Position numbers and translations under genes: made by a program. Of a stretch of 64,000 bases of DNA, positions 24,446 to 37,362 are shown piece after piece. Within the stretch, counting starts at the first letter, position 1; each line of letters starts with the position of its first letter. The notes below the pieces were generated by a model that was not told where the DNA came from, made no database searches, and saw only the letters and a program-made list of their open reading frames with translations. The DNA is taken from the NCBI RefSeq assembly GCF_004010195.1, contig NC_057749.1, forward strand, positions 26,028,599 through 26,092,598, given 5' to 3'. The stretch is from Chiloscyllium plagiosum. Taxonomy: Eukaryota.

Positions 24446-25499
24446 AACATAGCAACCATCCTGACAAATACAATTTAATGCACAGGATTAGGGGCAAAAC
24501 AATTAATTTGCTTTTGATGGTGTTCATGAGGGACTGTTGATCAAGACAGCAGAACTGCCTGCTCTCCTTCATATAGTGACATGCAATCTTTAGCATTCAG
24601 GCAGCTAGGATCTCAGTTTGAAACCTCATTGAAAAGCCACCACCTTTGATAGTTCAGCACTCCCTCAGCATTTCACTCAGGCCTCTTGGCACCTTGGACG
24701 TAGTAAAACAGAGGCATTATCATCATAACACTGAGATATATGGAGGTATTTATAATGTAACTACTTTAAGTGAAGCTGAATTCTATTGTAGTCTGAAGCT
24801 AGCACACATACATACTACACATTATTGAATAGTAATCAGAATGGATCCTCTTTCTCTAACCCAGTGCACAGGTATTCACCCTCACATTCAAGTCAGCTAA
24901 AGATGATGAACCCAGTTTAAAATGGGATTCGTTCCACTTTCAGTACATCGACATTCTTGCCTCTCTGAATTTCCGTCCTCTGACAATCCAGAAGCTTTTA
25001 TTACCCAAATGTGGCCCTACCCTTGTGGAATTTGCCTATTTATCTAATTTCATCTAGGTTTCTGCAATAAAACAATAGACAGTACCTTTCAGTCTAACAC
25101 TCTGTAGATTGCATTTCTCTTCTAACCGTTCATGTTTGTGAGATAAATTAGAACAAAACTTAATTCCTGTCGGGTTCCTGAAATTCTGCATCAATCATAC
25201 CAAGTAATAATACATTTAAGTACTTATAAATTTAAAACTGAACTGCTTCCATTTATTTGTTGTCTAAAGCCCAAACTTTTCTCCCCTAATTCATTTACAA
25301 AGCAGACATTGTCTATTTGTTAGGTCAGTTACTTTCATGGCAATCCCTAGTCAAATAGAAAGGCTCCCAAGTCCCACAAATGAGTGCTAGCAGTGAGTAA
25401 GAGGGTGATATTTGCCTTTCAAATCATTGCAGAAGTTCCATTTGGAACCCCTGGATTTCAAAGCATAATGATTCCAAAATGCTACAGCAGTGACTCAGT

Positions 25500-26015
25500 T
25501 GGGATGGACTGTTGCCTTTGAATTAGATGGTGACTCACTGAAGTCCCACTGCAGCAGATCAGCACAAAATTCATGGCGAGGATGCCACCACAGTAATGAG
25601 GGAGTGTGACATTATCAGTGGGCCTGTCTTTCAGTGGAGATGCTAAACTATGATTGTGTAATTCATGATCCCATGACACAATTTCAAGAGAAAAAGCAGA
25701 CGATATTTTCATGGCCAAAAGCCACGGACGTCAACAGTTCAGCACTCCCTTCAAACTCTGCAGAATCTTCTGTGCTCATGTCCAAAGGGATGTATGCTAG
25801 TCAATGGCCAGTATGCATTCCTTAGCCAACACTACTGAAACAGGTCATCTGTTCAATATCACATTGCTATTTATAGAAGCTTCCTGTGTGCAAATTGGCT
25901 GCTGTTGGCCCTATCTTATAGCTGACATCATTTGCAAATTGCAACAGTTGCTACAAAGCACTTTGGGACATACTGAGACAGTAAAAGACTATATAAATGC
26001 AAATTATTGTTTGCT
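25500..26015 (+). mobile_element. Ancient DeuSINE/SacSINE1-like SINE remnant
   Basis: CAGTAATGAGGGAGTG...TTTCAGTGGAGATGCTAAAC...CACATTGCT...GCAAATTGGCTGCTG...AAAGCACTTTGGGACAT...CTATATAAATGCAA. Confidence 0.55.
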
Positions 26016-26329
26016 TAAGTAATCCATTGTCAAAACTGTAAATGTATTATTGCAAATGGCTTTTGTTAAAAAAAGTAATATAAATAGCTGACGAAGTAAT
26101 AAGCACTGGATTGTATCTGAGTAAGTGGCATTGAATGTTTAAAAAGGTCAGGAAGCACAGATATTTTCAGTCTATGATAGTGTGATACCTCAAAAAGTGG
26201 CTATTTGTGTGTTAGTTGCAGTGAGGTCTTGTATTAAATCTGGAAGATTGAGTGGGATTAACAATACTCAAGAGCTAAATTTTTTTTTGTGACTGCCCTT
26301 CACTCCCTATCTCTCACTCATTCATTCTC

Positions 26330-26673
26330 TAGCTATTGTCCAGCTATCACCATTGTTAACAGCTAACCTGAGAATGCAACTTTTTAAAAAAAAGTTTTGT
26401 GATTTACACATGAAAGAAGTGAAACTATCACGGTATTCTAACAGATGAAAGGCTTAACAGACAATCAATTTTTCAATGTATAATTTCAGTTATATTACAC
26501 TGTAAATTTTTGCTATAAATTCTGTGTGTTAGGATTGAACCCTCCATTACCACCTGATGAAGGAGCGACACTCCAAAAGCTAGTGCTTCCAATTAAACCT
26601 GTTGGACTATAACCTGGTGTTGTGTGATTTTTAACTTTGTACAACCCAGTCCAACACCGGCCTCTCCAAGTCA
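26330..26673 (+). mobile_element. PLE family B 3' region with ~12-bp TSD
   Basis: Hammerhead-like CACCTGATGAAGGAG...AAAGCTAGTG at 26551-26585; TCATTCATTCTC at 26318 and 26671. Confidence 0.75.
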
Positions 26674-27074
26674 TTCATTCTCAGTCTTATGTTCACATCT
26701 ATTCATTAGCTTGCGCTGAAGCTCATAGGTACACCCTTTGCACTCTTGCTTGCTGAATGCTGATAGGTCTTTAACCTGCTGTGAGTCTCATGAAGTCTCA
26801 CAAGTCCCTAAAGCCAAGAGGAATCCAAGCAATGGCATTGCCATATGAGGTTTATAGCAGTTTAAAGTGCGATTCCTGTGTCTCAATGTAAACGCTGAGC
26901 AATACTAACAAATAGCCTCCTGAGAGGTATTAGAGGTACCTGATTTACAATGACATCTTAGTACTTGCTGGAATAATAGAGCTGGACTTACCAATAGACA
27001 GGGATTTAATCAGACATAGTGTGCTGGGGAGCAAGAAACTTAGTACAAGCATTTATTATTACTCATTCTGCTTC

Positions 27075-27385
27075 TCGATTCCACCCTCGGGCGACTGTGT
27101 GTGGAGCTTGCACATTCTCTGCGTGTCTATGTTTGTTTCCTCCGGGTGCTCTGTTTTCCTCCCACAGTCCAAAGATGTGCAGGTTAGGTGGATTAGCCAA
27201 GCTAAATTGCCCAAGTGTGTCCGGGGATGTGCAGGCTAGGTGGATTAACCATGGGAAATGCAGGGGTACAGAGATAGGGAAGGGAGGTGGGTCTGAGTGC
27301 ATTTGGATGGGATGCTCTTTGGAGGGTCAGTGTCGACTCAATGGACCAAATGGCCGGCTTCCATACTGTAGGGATTCCATAATTC
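27075..27385 (+). mobile_element. HE1-type V-SINE (5' truncated)
   Basis: V-domain CCTCCCACAGTCCAAAGATGTGCAGGTTAGGTGGATT; CTGTAGGGATTCCAT tail. Confidence 0.8.
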
Positions 27386-28962
27386 TGCTTTATGAAGTTT
27401 ATCCTCCATTTAGCACTGAATGATCCAGTTCTGTGTGACAAGTTGTGCAGGTGGATAAAGATCTCATAAATATGAATTGATCCCTTCACAGTCTATTGCA
27501 ATCAAATCATCGATTGCTTCTAAATCTTCGAGATGCTGTTAAGTATAAATTGGAATAAATGCCTGCAGAAATTTAAATCAGAGACTTTGCTAGTTTTGCC
27601 CTAAGAACCGAAGGAATTCTTAACATCGTAGAGACAAAAAGAGATTGAAACAATTTTGTAAGATGACATGAACAGAGAATTATAATATTATATAACTTTT
27701 AAAGGAAGCTAATCTATCTTTAAAATAGACACAAGGAGTCTGACTAAATAGTTCTGAAAAGTCACTTGACTTCCTTTGAGAATTGAACAGTGACTGGAAC
27801 CAGACTGTCTCAATCTCAAGAAGGATCGCAAAATCTTTTTAAAATTCAATGAACATTTCCACAGACGCTGACGAGAAACTCAATGACAATGACTTCCCTG
27901 GAGGTGCAGATGACTCTTCTTACCTCACCAAAATCCTGAAAGAATGGGATGTATTTGAGTTTATGACTGAGATACGTAGATCATTAATTGTGTCTATGAA
28001 TAGATGGGGTTGCTCTTAAGACTTGAGGTAACCCAACACTGAAGCGCACTTCAACAGTTTAGGGATGGCAGCCATTTTAGGTTTTAGTTGGGGACACCCA
28101 TATCTGGGTGGAGATACTTCAGTGGTACTGCAAAGATGTCTCCAGCTACGACTAGCAACTGAAGAACCATCAACAGAATGTAAGGGTTGAGTTTTCTCTC
28201 ACTGATACTGGGAGTCACAGAGGAAGGTATCCAGGTCAACCCCAGATGACCATACACCCAACCAGGCTGCTATTGCCACAACCAACAGTGCTGTTAACCT
28301 GAAACAAAGGAGCCTACCCTCACTCCCAGGGTCTGAGTCCAGCTGTGAAAGCAACCTCCAAATATTCAACCTCAGAAGCTAGCACAGCTGTTGAGTCTGA
28401 CTTCAAGTTTCAATATCTTCTCCTCAAAAAGAGAACCATTAACCAATCCAGGACAACAGCAATACTAAAGCCTGATCTCATTTTCACCTTGATACATTAC
28501 ATTTTTCTTTACTAACCTTCACTGTCTGCGTACGTGCAGCAAACACTGTTATAACCGATGCCTTATGAACCAGCCCTCTCGATAAACTAGTAAAAATTAT
28601 ATACCTCAAAATACCGAGATGTTTGCTGTATTATTCAGTCCAATTGTTATAGATTTAAAATTTACTTACCTCAGTTCCGGGAGCTAGCTGTGGTAACAAG
28701 CTAGTGTGATTTGTAACTTGGGGGATGGAGGCCCACTTACCTCATGGAAATAAAACTTTAAGATGCAGATGTTTCCCTTTCTTGTTGGCTCTATATCTTG
28801 TATTTCTGCTTCTGTGTTTTTTTAAATTCTCTTTTTTCGTATCTAAAATGGTTGTTTTGGTTTTGTATCTGATATATTGTTTCTGTTAATTCTGTTTTTT
28901 TTATGTACCTGGGATGGCGCTGCCTGTGATGACATTGTTAATTTTGCACTGTGCTCCTGTAC

Positions 28963-29935
28963 AGTCATAGAGTCATAGAAATGTACAGCATGGAAACAGA
29001 CCCTTCGGTCCAACCCATCCATGCCGACCAGATATCCCAACACAATCTGGTCACACCTGCCAACACCCGGCCCATATCCCTCCAAACCCTTCCTATTCAT
29101 ATACCATCCAAATGCCTTTTAAATTTTGCAATTGTACCAGCCTCCACTACTTCCTTTGGCAGCTCATTCCATACATGTACCACCCTCTGTGTGAAAAAGT
29201 TACCCCTAAGGTCTGTTTTATATCTTTCCCTTCTCACCCTAAACTTATGCCCTCTAGTTCTGGACTCCCCAACCCCAGGGAAAAGACTTTGTCTATTTAT
29301 CCTATCCATGCCCTTCATAATTTAGTAAACCTCTATAAGGTCACCCCTCAGCCTCCGACGCTCCAGGGAAAACAGCCCCAGCCTGTTCAGCCTCTCCTAT
29401 AGCTCAAATCCTCCAACCCTGTAAACATACTCGTCAATCTTTTCTGAACCCTTTCAAGTTTCACAACTTGTTTCCGATAGGAAGGAGACCAGAATTGCGC
29501 ACAATATTCCAACAGTGGCCTAACCAATGTCCTGCACAGCCACAACATGACCTCCCAACTCCTGTATTCAATACTCTGACCAACAAAAGAAAGCATACCA
29601 AATGCCTTCTTCACTATCCTATCTACCTGTGACTCCACTTTCAAGGAGCTATGAACCTGCACTCCAAGGTCTCTTTGTTCAGCAACACTGCCCAGGACCT
29701 TACCATTAAGTGTATAAGTCCTGCTAAGGTTTGCTTTCCCAAAATGCAGCACTACACATTTATCTAAATTAAACTCCATCTGTCACTTCTCAGCCCATTG
29801 GCCCATCTGATCAAGATCCTGGTGTAATTTGAGGTAACCTTCTTCGCTGTCCACTACACCTCCAATTTGGGTGTCATCTGCAAACTTACTAACTGTACCT
29901 CTTATGCTTACATCCAATTCCTTTATGTGAATGAC
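28963..29935 (-). mobile_element. CR1 (HER1-like) RT C-terminus plus 3' end
   Basis: SKFADDTQIGGVVDSEEGYLKLHQDLDQMGQWAEK; MEFNLDKCVVLHFGK...LEYCAQFWSP; AGTCATAGAGTCATAG tail. Confidence 0.92.
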
Positions 29936-30367
29936 AAAAAGAGATGGGAAAGATTTAAAAAGGACCTGAGGGGCGACATTTTCATGCAGAGGGTGGTGCG
30001 TGTATGGAACGAGCTGCCAGAGGAAGTGCTGGAGGTGGGTACAATTACAACATTTAAAAGCCATCTGGATGGAGACAGGAATAGGAAAGATTTAGAAAGG
30101 TATGGATCAAAAGTCTTTTCCCTGGGGTGGGGGAATCCAGAACTAGAGGGCATAGGTTTAGGGTGAGAGGGAAAAGGTATAAAAGGGACCTAAGGAGCAA
30201 CTTTTTCACGTAGAGGGTGGTGCATATATGGAATGAACTGCCAGAGGAAGTAGTGCAGGCCTGTACAGTTGCAGCATTTAATAGGCATCTGAATGGGTAT
30301 ATGAATAGGAAGGGTTTAGAGGGATATGGGCAAAGTTCTGGCAAATGGGACTAGATTAAGTTGGGCT

Positions 30368-30861
30368 TTAGGGTGTAAGTTTGCTCGCTGAGCTGTAGGT
30401 TTGATATCCAGATGTTTCATTACCTGGCTAGGTAACATCATCAGTTGAGACCTCCAAGTGAAGCGTCGGAGGTTGAGGGGTGACCTTATAGAGGTTTACA
30501 AAATCATGAGGGGCGTGATAGGATAAATAGACAAAGTCTTTTCCCTGGGGTTGGAGAGTCCAGAACTAGAGGGCATATGTTTAGGGTGAGAGGGGAAAGA
30601 TATAAAACAGACCTTAGGGGCAACATTTTCATGCAGAGGGTGGTTCGTACAAGAAATGACATCACGACAAACCCCAGGAACCCCATCCAGGACAAACATA
30701 TAAATAGAAAGCAGGAGACAACAGCTTCGCTTCACTTGGAGGTCGCCACTGATGATGTTACCTAGCCAGATAATGAAACGTCTGGATATCAAACCTACAG
30801 CTCAGCGAGCAAACCTACACCCTAAACCTCAACCTGAGCTACAAACCTTCACAAACCTTGC
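30368..30861 (+). mobile_element. PLE family D composite insertion (inverted arm + CR1 piece + sense arm) with 13-bp TSD
   Basis: 30368-30465 is the reverse complement of ~30728-30824; ATTAAGTTGGGCT (30355) and ATTAGGTTGGGCT (30862) flank the unit. Confidence 0.8.
30746..30785 (+). ncRNA. Minimal hammerhead ribozyme motif (PLE family D)
   Basis: CCA-CUGAUGA-U-GUUACC(uagcc)AGAUAAU-GAAA-CG-UC-UGG; stem I CCA/UGG, ACGU palindrome. Confidence 0.7.
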
Positions 30862-31289
30862 ATTAGGTTGGGCTATTTGGTTGGCTTGGATGGAAGGATC
30901 TGTTTCCATGCTGTACAGCTCTATGACTCTCCGACTCTAAATGCTGGCAAATGGGAGTAGATCAGTTTAGGATATCTGGTTGGTGCAGATAAGTTGGACT
31001 GAAGGGTCTGTTTCCCTGCTGTATCACTCTATGACTATCTGAAAATTGCCATGGACATGCCCCTTGGCATACTAGATGGTGAGTTTAAATGGAAGGCGTC
31101 ACTTCCCTAACCAAAAGGTAGACCTGGGGACTGACGCTGCAAGTTTAGCTGACAGTGTGCCTGCTCTCCAGTATTGATCCAGGTGGGAACCTTAGCACTT
31201 TGGGTTTCTGAGCATAAAATCAAGACCGAGCCACATAGGCTCTGATCTCGTTCCAAAGCACAGTGCCATTTTTTGAAGTGAAAGCTAAT

Positions 31290-31495
31290 TCACCATAGTC
31301 CTATTGGATTATAGGGCTGGCCCCTCTTTAGAGAGAGATGTATGATGGTCGTTTAACCTGACGGTCACCACACCTCAGGCGAGGGGAGAGGTTGAGAAGA
31401 AGAGTCCTTCATGGTAATCTCAGGCACTGCAGGAATTGAACCCATGCTGTTGGCATCACAAACCAGCCATCTTGTGGACTGAGCTATTCGACCCT
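31290..31495 (-). mobile_element. Short tRNA-derived SINE (other copies ~33108-33318 -, ~47745-47850 -, ~59660-59830 +)
   Basis: Minus strand ...TAGCTCAGT...GGCTGGTTTGTGATGCCAACAGCATGGGTTCAATTCC head; body CCTCGCCTGAGGTGTGGTGACC.TCAGGTTAAAC. Confidence 0.6.
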
Positions 31496-31814
31496 CAACT
31501 TTTGAAGTAATAGTTGGTGGAAAACCCAAACAAAAAAAACAGATTCCTCATGTATTACTCACGCATGCGGCCTCTGGTTTCGTATCTGTTTTGTTAACAA
31601 TAACTCCATCCTAATTTGTAAATATTTATATAACCAAACGTCCTCCTTGATGCTTTGTAATATAGGAAGCGCAAATATAGTTTCAGAAAAGGAGAAAGTT
31701 TCTGTTTGGGCAGCTATTTACCAAAGGTTGAAACTGATTATTTACAACAGCATTCACCAAAGAGACGGACATGAGGGATGTTGAGGTTAGGGAAAGGTGT
31801 ATGAATACTCTTGG

Positions 31815-33075
31815 GCAGGTCAACATAATGAAGGATGAAGTGTTGGATGTCCTGAAATACGATATAGAGCCCCTGCAGATTCATAGAATTCCTATAGTAT
31901 GGATACAGGCCCTTCAGCCCAGCAAGTCCGCACTGACCCTCTGAAGAGTATCCCACCCAGATCCATTCCCCTATTACTCTACATTTAGTCCTGATTAATG
32001 CACCTAACCTACACATCCCTGAAACTATGGACAATTTCCCATGGCCAATTCATCCCAGCCTGCACATCTTTGGATTGTGGGAGGAAACCTACGCAGACAT
32101 GGGGAGAGCATGCAAACTCCAAACAGATAGTCGTCCGAGGCTGGAATCGAACCCGGGTCCCAGGTGCTGTGATGCTATAGTGCTAGCCACTGAGCCACCA
32201 TGCCGCTACCTTAAGGACAAATTTCCAGGGTCAGCTGGGATCTATTCCAGGATACTGTGGGAGGCAAAGGAGGAAAAAGCTTGGGCCTTAACAGATATTT
32301 TTGGGTCTTTTTTGGCCTCAGGTAAGGTTTCAGAGCACTGGAGAATGGCCAATGTTGTTCCTTTCTATAAGAAGAGAAACAGAGATAATCCAAGTAATTA
32401 CAGGCTGGTGAGCCTGTCATCATGATGGGGAAGCTATTGGAGAAGATACAGAGAGACAGGATTTGTTAACATTTGGAAGCAAATTAACTTTTTAGTCATA
32501 GGCAGCATGGGTTTGTGTGGGTGAGGTCACATTTCACTGACTTAATTGTGTTTTTTGAGGAGGTGACAAGACTGATTGATGAGGGAAGGGCAGTGAATGT
32601 TGTATAATGGCTTTTAGTAAGGCATTTAAAAAGGTATGTCATAGCAGGCTGATACAGAAGGTAGAGTTTCATGGCATCTGGGGTGTGTTGGCTAGATGGA
32701 TACAAAATGTCTTGGTCATAGGAGACAGAGAGTAACTTTGGAAGAGTGCTTTTCGGAATGGAGATCAATAACTAGTAGTGTTCTATAGGGATCAATGCTG
32801 GGACTTTGGTTTATTATAATATATATAAATAAATCTGGAGAGAAATGTAGGTGGTCTGATTAGTAAGTTTTCAGATGGCATCAAAATTGGTGGAGTTACA
32901 AATAGTGAGGATGGTTGTCAAAGGATACAGTGGGATAAATAGAGTGGAGATTTGGGCAGAGAAGTGGTGGATAGTTTAATCTTGGCAAATGCGAGTTGAT
33001 GTGGTTTGGTAGATCGAAGTCAGTCGTGAATTATACTGTAAATTGCAGAACCCTTAGGAGCATTGACATACAGAC
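31815..33075 (+). mobile_element. Old CR1 ORF2 (RT) fragment with nested HE1 SINE (31880-32206, minus)
   Basis: FPGSAGIYSRILWEAKEE...WRMANVVPFYKKRNRDNPSNYRLVSLSS; RQHGFVWVRSHFTDLIVFFEEVT. Confidence 0.85.
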
Positions 33076-35506
33076 TCACGCGAACGCAAAGCAGAGTAAA
33101 AGGTGCCATGGTCCTATCACACCATTGGGCTGTTTTCTCATCAGAGAGAGGAGAAATGACTAGTGGTGGTTTAAATTGAAGGTCACCACGCGTCAGGCAA
33201 GGGGAGAGGTTGTGAAGGAGAGTTCTTCATGTTAACCTCAGCAGGTAGAGGAATTAAATCCACACTGTTAGCGTCACTCTCCATTACAAACTAACTGTTG
33301 ACTCAACTGAGCTAACCATGTGGTTGAACACGGTCAGGAATTAGAAATGGCTTCTAAATGAAGGTTCAGTACTGACCATGAATCCAACAGGGAACTTGGG
33401 AGAAACTTCTTCAACCAGAGAGTGGTTAGAATGTGCCACAAAAGGAGTGGTTGACATGAAGGTCACAGGTATACTTAAGAGGAAGCAAGGTAAGTGCATG
33501 AGGGAGAATGAGTAGAAGGCTATGCAATTAAGATTAGAGATGAAGAAGGTATGGGAAGAGGCTTGTTTGGAGCATAATCTGTCTATGGATCAGTTGGTTG
33601 GAATGGGTTCTGTCGTCTGTCTCAAATAATCCAATGTTTTCCGTTACCTGAGTTGTAAACTCTGGAATTCCCTCCATAAATCTTTCTGATGTTCAACCTC
33701 ATCCTCCCTCTACTCTTATTTTCACTCTTCAAAACCAAGCATTTAGTAACCTGATTAGTCTTTATGTATACCTCCATTTAAAAAACTGGCCATTTATAAA
33801 GACCAAAAGAGAGACTTACAGTGAATTAAAAGGAGAAACATTGCTAAGAGTTAACCTTTCTCCCAATATGTGTCTTTTGTTAACATTTTAGTACAACTCT
33901 CCTTTGTGTAGAAAAAAAAGCCACAATGTCATCTAAGTAATATCCAATTGTTTGAATATTTGGTGTTTGGTGGTGTGTCTCTTGACTTGTCTCCTTTCTG
34001 TAAGTTGCTTGACATCCTTTCTTCAGCTGTTGGCAACAACAACACCATAAAGGAGGGAATTCCAGGATTTTGACACAGGGACACTAAAGAAGCAGCAATA
34101 GATTTCCAAGTCAGGATAGTGAGTGGCGTGAAGGGGAGCTTGCAGATGGTGTTACTCCTGTGTGCCTGCTACTCTTGTCATTCTAGATGGTAGCAGTTGT
34201 AGATTTGGAAGGTGATATCAAAGGAGCCTTGGTGAATTACTGCAGTGTATTTTGTAGATGGCATGCACTGCTGCTACTAGTGGCAAAAGGAATGAATGCT
34301 CATGATGGACTGGATACTATCCAAATGAGCTGCTTTTTCCTGGGTGATGTTGAGTTTTGGAGTTACGCTTGTTCAGGCAATTGGAGAGTATTTCCTAAAC
34401 TTGTGACTGTGCCTCAGAGATAATGGATAGGCTTGAGGAAGCAGGGAGATGAGTGACCTGCTCTTGGAATTATGGCATTTGTATAGTTGGTCCATTTGAA
34501 TTTCTGGTCAATGGTAATCCTCAGGATGTTGATAATGGAAGTTATCAAAACATTGAATGCTGATAAACAGTGAAATATAATTCTTAGAGCTAAAGGGATC
34601 AAAAGTTATAGGGACAAAACAGGAACAGAGTATTGAGTTGATCATAAGCCATGATTATACTGAATGGTGGAGTAGGCTTGAAGGGCTGAATGGCCTACTG
34701 TTACTTCTATTTTTGATGTTTCCATGTCTATTTGAGTACACCAGCAAAGCACTTTGAGACATTTCCCTACATCAAAGGTGTTAATTACATGGAGTTGCTG
34801 TAGGAGGTTACATAGAACTGGAAATGTTTCTGAACCTCAGTTTAAAACTAACTTGTCACCATATCTATTCACTTTACATTAACTTTTTATGGTTAGGTAT
34901 GGTTATGGAGGTGAGGTACAAATGCCAGCCATCAGCCAATTTAATTCAAGAAGTGGCAGAAGGGAATGGATTCTGTAAATGCTCGAGGCCTTAATGATAT
35001 TCCAGCAATAGCCCCAGAGGAGTGTGTTTGAAAACCATCTGTGCCAAGCTATTCCCATGCAACTACAACACTGGCATATACCCGGTGAAAGCTCCAAGCA
35101 AATACTCAGGCATAAAATTTCTACACTCGGAGTCCAGATGCAATGCTTCAAGTGCTTGTATTCCGCATTGTCTGTTGGACAATCCAAGTGCTTCTTCACT
35201 GAGGTTCAAAAGGAGCATAATTTATATCTGTCTTCTTATCAGATACAACTCACAGCAATAGGTAGACAAAAGCCACAACACCATAGTCTCCAGTGGGCTG
35301 ATGGTTTTGTTACTCTACAATTGTATTACAGAGCAATTGATACTAGCTCTCCATAGACAGCAAAGAATGTGTTTCTTTTCCATAAAAGATTGACAGAGGT
35401 GAATAGATGTTGTTTGGAGTGGTCTGGCCACATGTCAGTGGTGTTTCTTAATGAGGTTATTGTTTGCGCAGTTTGAATGCCTAAGGCATATCCTCTCTAC
35501 ATCTGC

Positions 35507-36135
35507 AGTCATAGAGTCATAGAGATGTACAGCACGTAGACAGACCCTTTGGTCCAAATTGTTCATGCTGACCCGATATCCTAACCCAATCTAGTCCCAA
35601 CCTGCCAGGACCCAGCCTATGTCCCTCCAAACCCTTTGTATTCATATACCCATCCAGATGCCTTTTAAATGCTGAAATTGTACTAGCCTCTACCACTGCC
35701 TCTGGCAGCCTATTCCACACACACACACACACCACCCTCTACATGAAAAACTTGCCCCTTAGTTCTCTTTTAGATCTTTCCCTTCTCAACCTAAACTTAT
35801 GCCGTCTAGTTCTGCGCTCCCCCACCCAACGGAAAATACCTTATCTATTTATCCTATCCATGCCCCTCATGATTTTATAAACCTCGATAATGTCATCCCT
35901 CAGCCTCCGATGCTCTCGGGAAAACAGCCTCAACCTATTCAGCCTCTCCCCATAGTTCAAATCCTCCAACCCTGGCAACATCCTTATAGATCTTTTCTGA
36001 ACCCTTTCAAGTTTCACAACATCCTTCTGATAGGAAGGAGACCAGAATTGCACGCAATATTCTAAAAGTGGCCTAACCAATGTCCTGTACAATTGCAACA
36101 TGATCTCCTGTACTCAATATTTTGGCCAATAAAGG
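35507..36135 (-). mobile_element. CR1 (HER1-like) 3' end
   Basis: MLQLYRTLVRPLLEYCVQFWSPSYQKDVVKLERVQKR; AGTCATAGAGTCATAG tail. Confidence 0.9.
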
Positions 36136-37025
36136 ATGCATAGAAAATAGGAAATAAATTACTTTGAACAAGTACAGTTGTTATTTGCAAATTTTTAGCT
36201 GAGCTCTTTGCATAATTTGACTCTCACATAAGGCTGTGGTTGTCTGTGAATGTTTTGGCAGCTACAGATCCTAGAACACATATAAAGGCAAATTCAGCTG
36301 CTTCACCAGTAACATGAAAAACCATCCATATACCTTCTGTTTACGAAAAGAAAAGAGGACAAAGGCAGCCCAACCAATTACTGCCCCATCACCTACTCTC
36401 AAGCATCATAGAAAGGTCAGAAGGTATCATTGACAGTGCAAGCAAGTGGCACTTGTTCAACAACAAATTGCTCCCTGATGCTCTATTTGGGATCCGTCAA
36501 GCCGATTCCGCTCCTGACCTCATTGCAGCCTTGGTCCAAGTATGAGAGCCAAACTCAAGTGAGCAAAGGGGGACCAGGGGGGTATCTCTTCACTGACTGG
36601 AGCCAGACTTGCAGAAAGGGAAATGATGGCCGTTTGTTTTTATTCAGTCATTGGTTGTCTACATGCTAGGTCAGCACATTTTGCCCTTTCCCTAATTCTG
36701 TGCCATTTCAGAAGCAGTTAAGAGACAATCACATTGTTTTGGGTTTGGAGTCATATGCAGACCAGACCAGGTGAAGATGGCAGATTTCCTCCTCTAAAGG
36801 ACATTAGTGAACCAGATGGTGTATTTTTCAAATGGTAATCAACAGTGACTAGCTTTTTGTAATTTAATTAAAGTTTAACCATCTGCCATCGTGGGTTTGG
36901 AATCCATGTCCCAAAGAAATTAGCCTGGGATTCTAGATCACTACGTTAGTGACTTTGCCACAAGGCCACCATTTCCCCTTTAAGGGAGTTGTTTGTTGGA
37001 GGTCAACCATCTCAAACACAGTGCA

Positions 37026-37362
37026 GAAAATGTGTTGCTGGAAAAGCGCAGCAGGTCAGGCAGCATCCAGGGAACAGGAGAANNNNNNNNNNNNNNNNNN
37101 NNNNNNNNNNNNNNNNNNNNNNNNNNNNNNNNNNNNNNNNNNNNNNNNNNNNNNNNNNNNNNNNNNNNNNNNNNNNNNNNNNNNNNNNNNNNNNNNNNNN
37201 NNNNNNNNNNNNNNNNNNNNNNNNNNNCCTGCATGTCCTTGGTGGAGTGGGAGGGGGAGTTGAAGTGTTGAGCCACAGGGTGGTTGGGTTGGTTGGTCCG
37301 GGTGTCCCAGAGGTGTTCTCTGAAACGCTCCGCAAGTAGGCGGCCTGTCTCCCCAATCTCCT
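37026..37362 (-). mobile_element. 5'-truncated Penelope-like element: GIY-YIG endonuclease C-terminus joined (across a gap) to family A terminal repeat; 15-bp TSD
   Basis: IGETGRLLAERFREHLWDTRTNQPNHPVAQHFNSPSHS; CTCAAACACAGTGCA at 37011-37025 and 37361-37375. Confidence 0.88.
37083..37227. other. Assembly gap (N run)
   Basis: N characters. Confidence 0.99.

Larger units (their letters stand above)
29940..31038 (+). mobile_element. Tandem, reiterated CR1 3'-end fragments with nested PLE composite
   Basis: Repeated ...CAGAGGGTGGTGCG.....TGGAA.GA.CTGCCAGAGGAAG blocks and two ATGACT tails (~30930, ~31035). Confidence 0.8.

Noticed and set aside
27849..28019. Short ORF MNISTDADEKLNDNDFPGGADDSSYLTKILKEWDVFEF... 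in unique sequence
   Set aside because: No recognisable homology and no convincing splice partners
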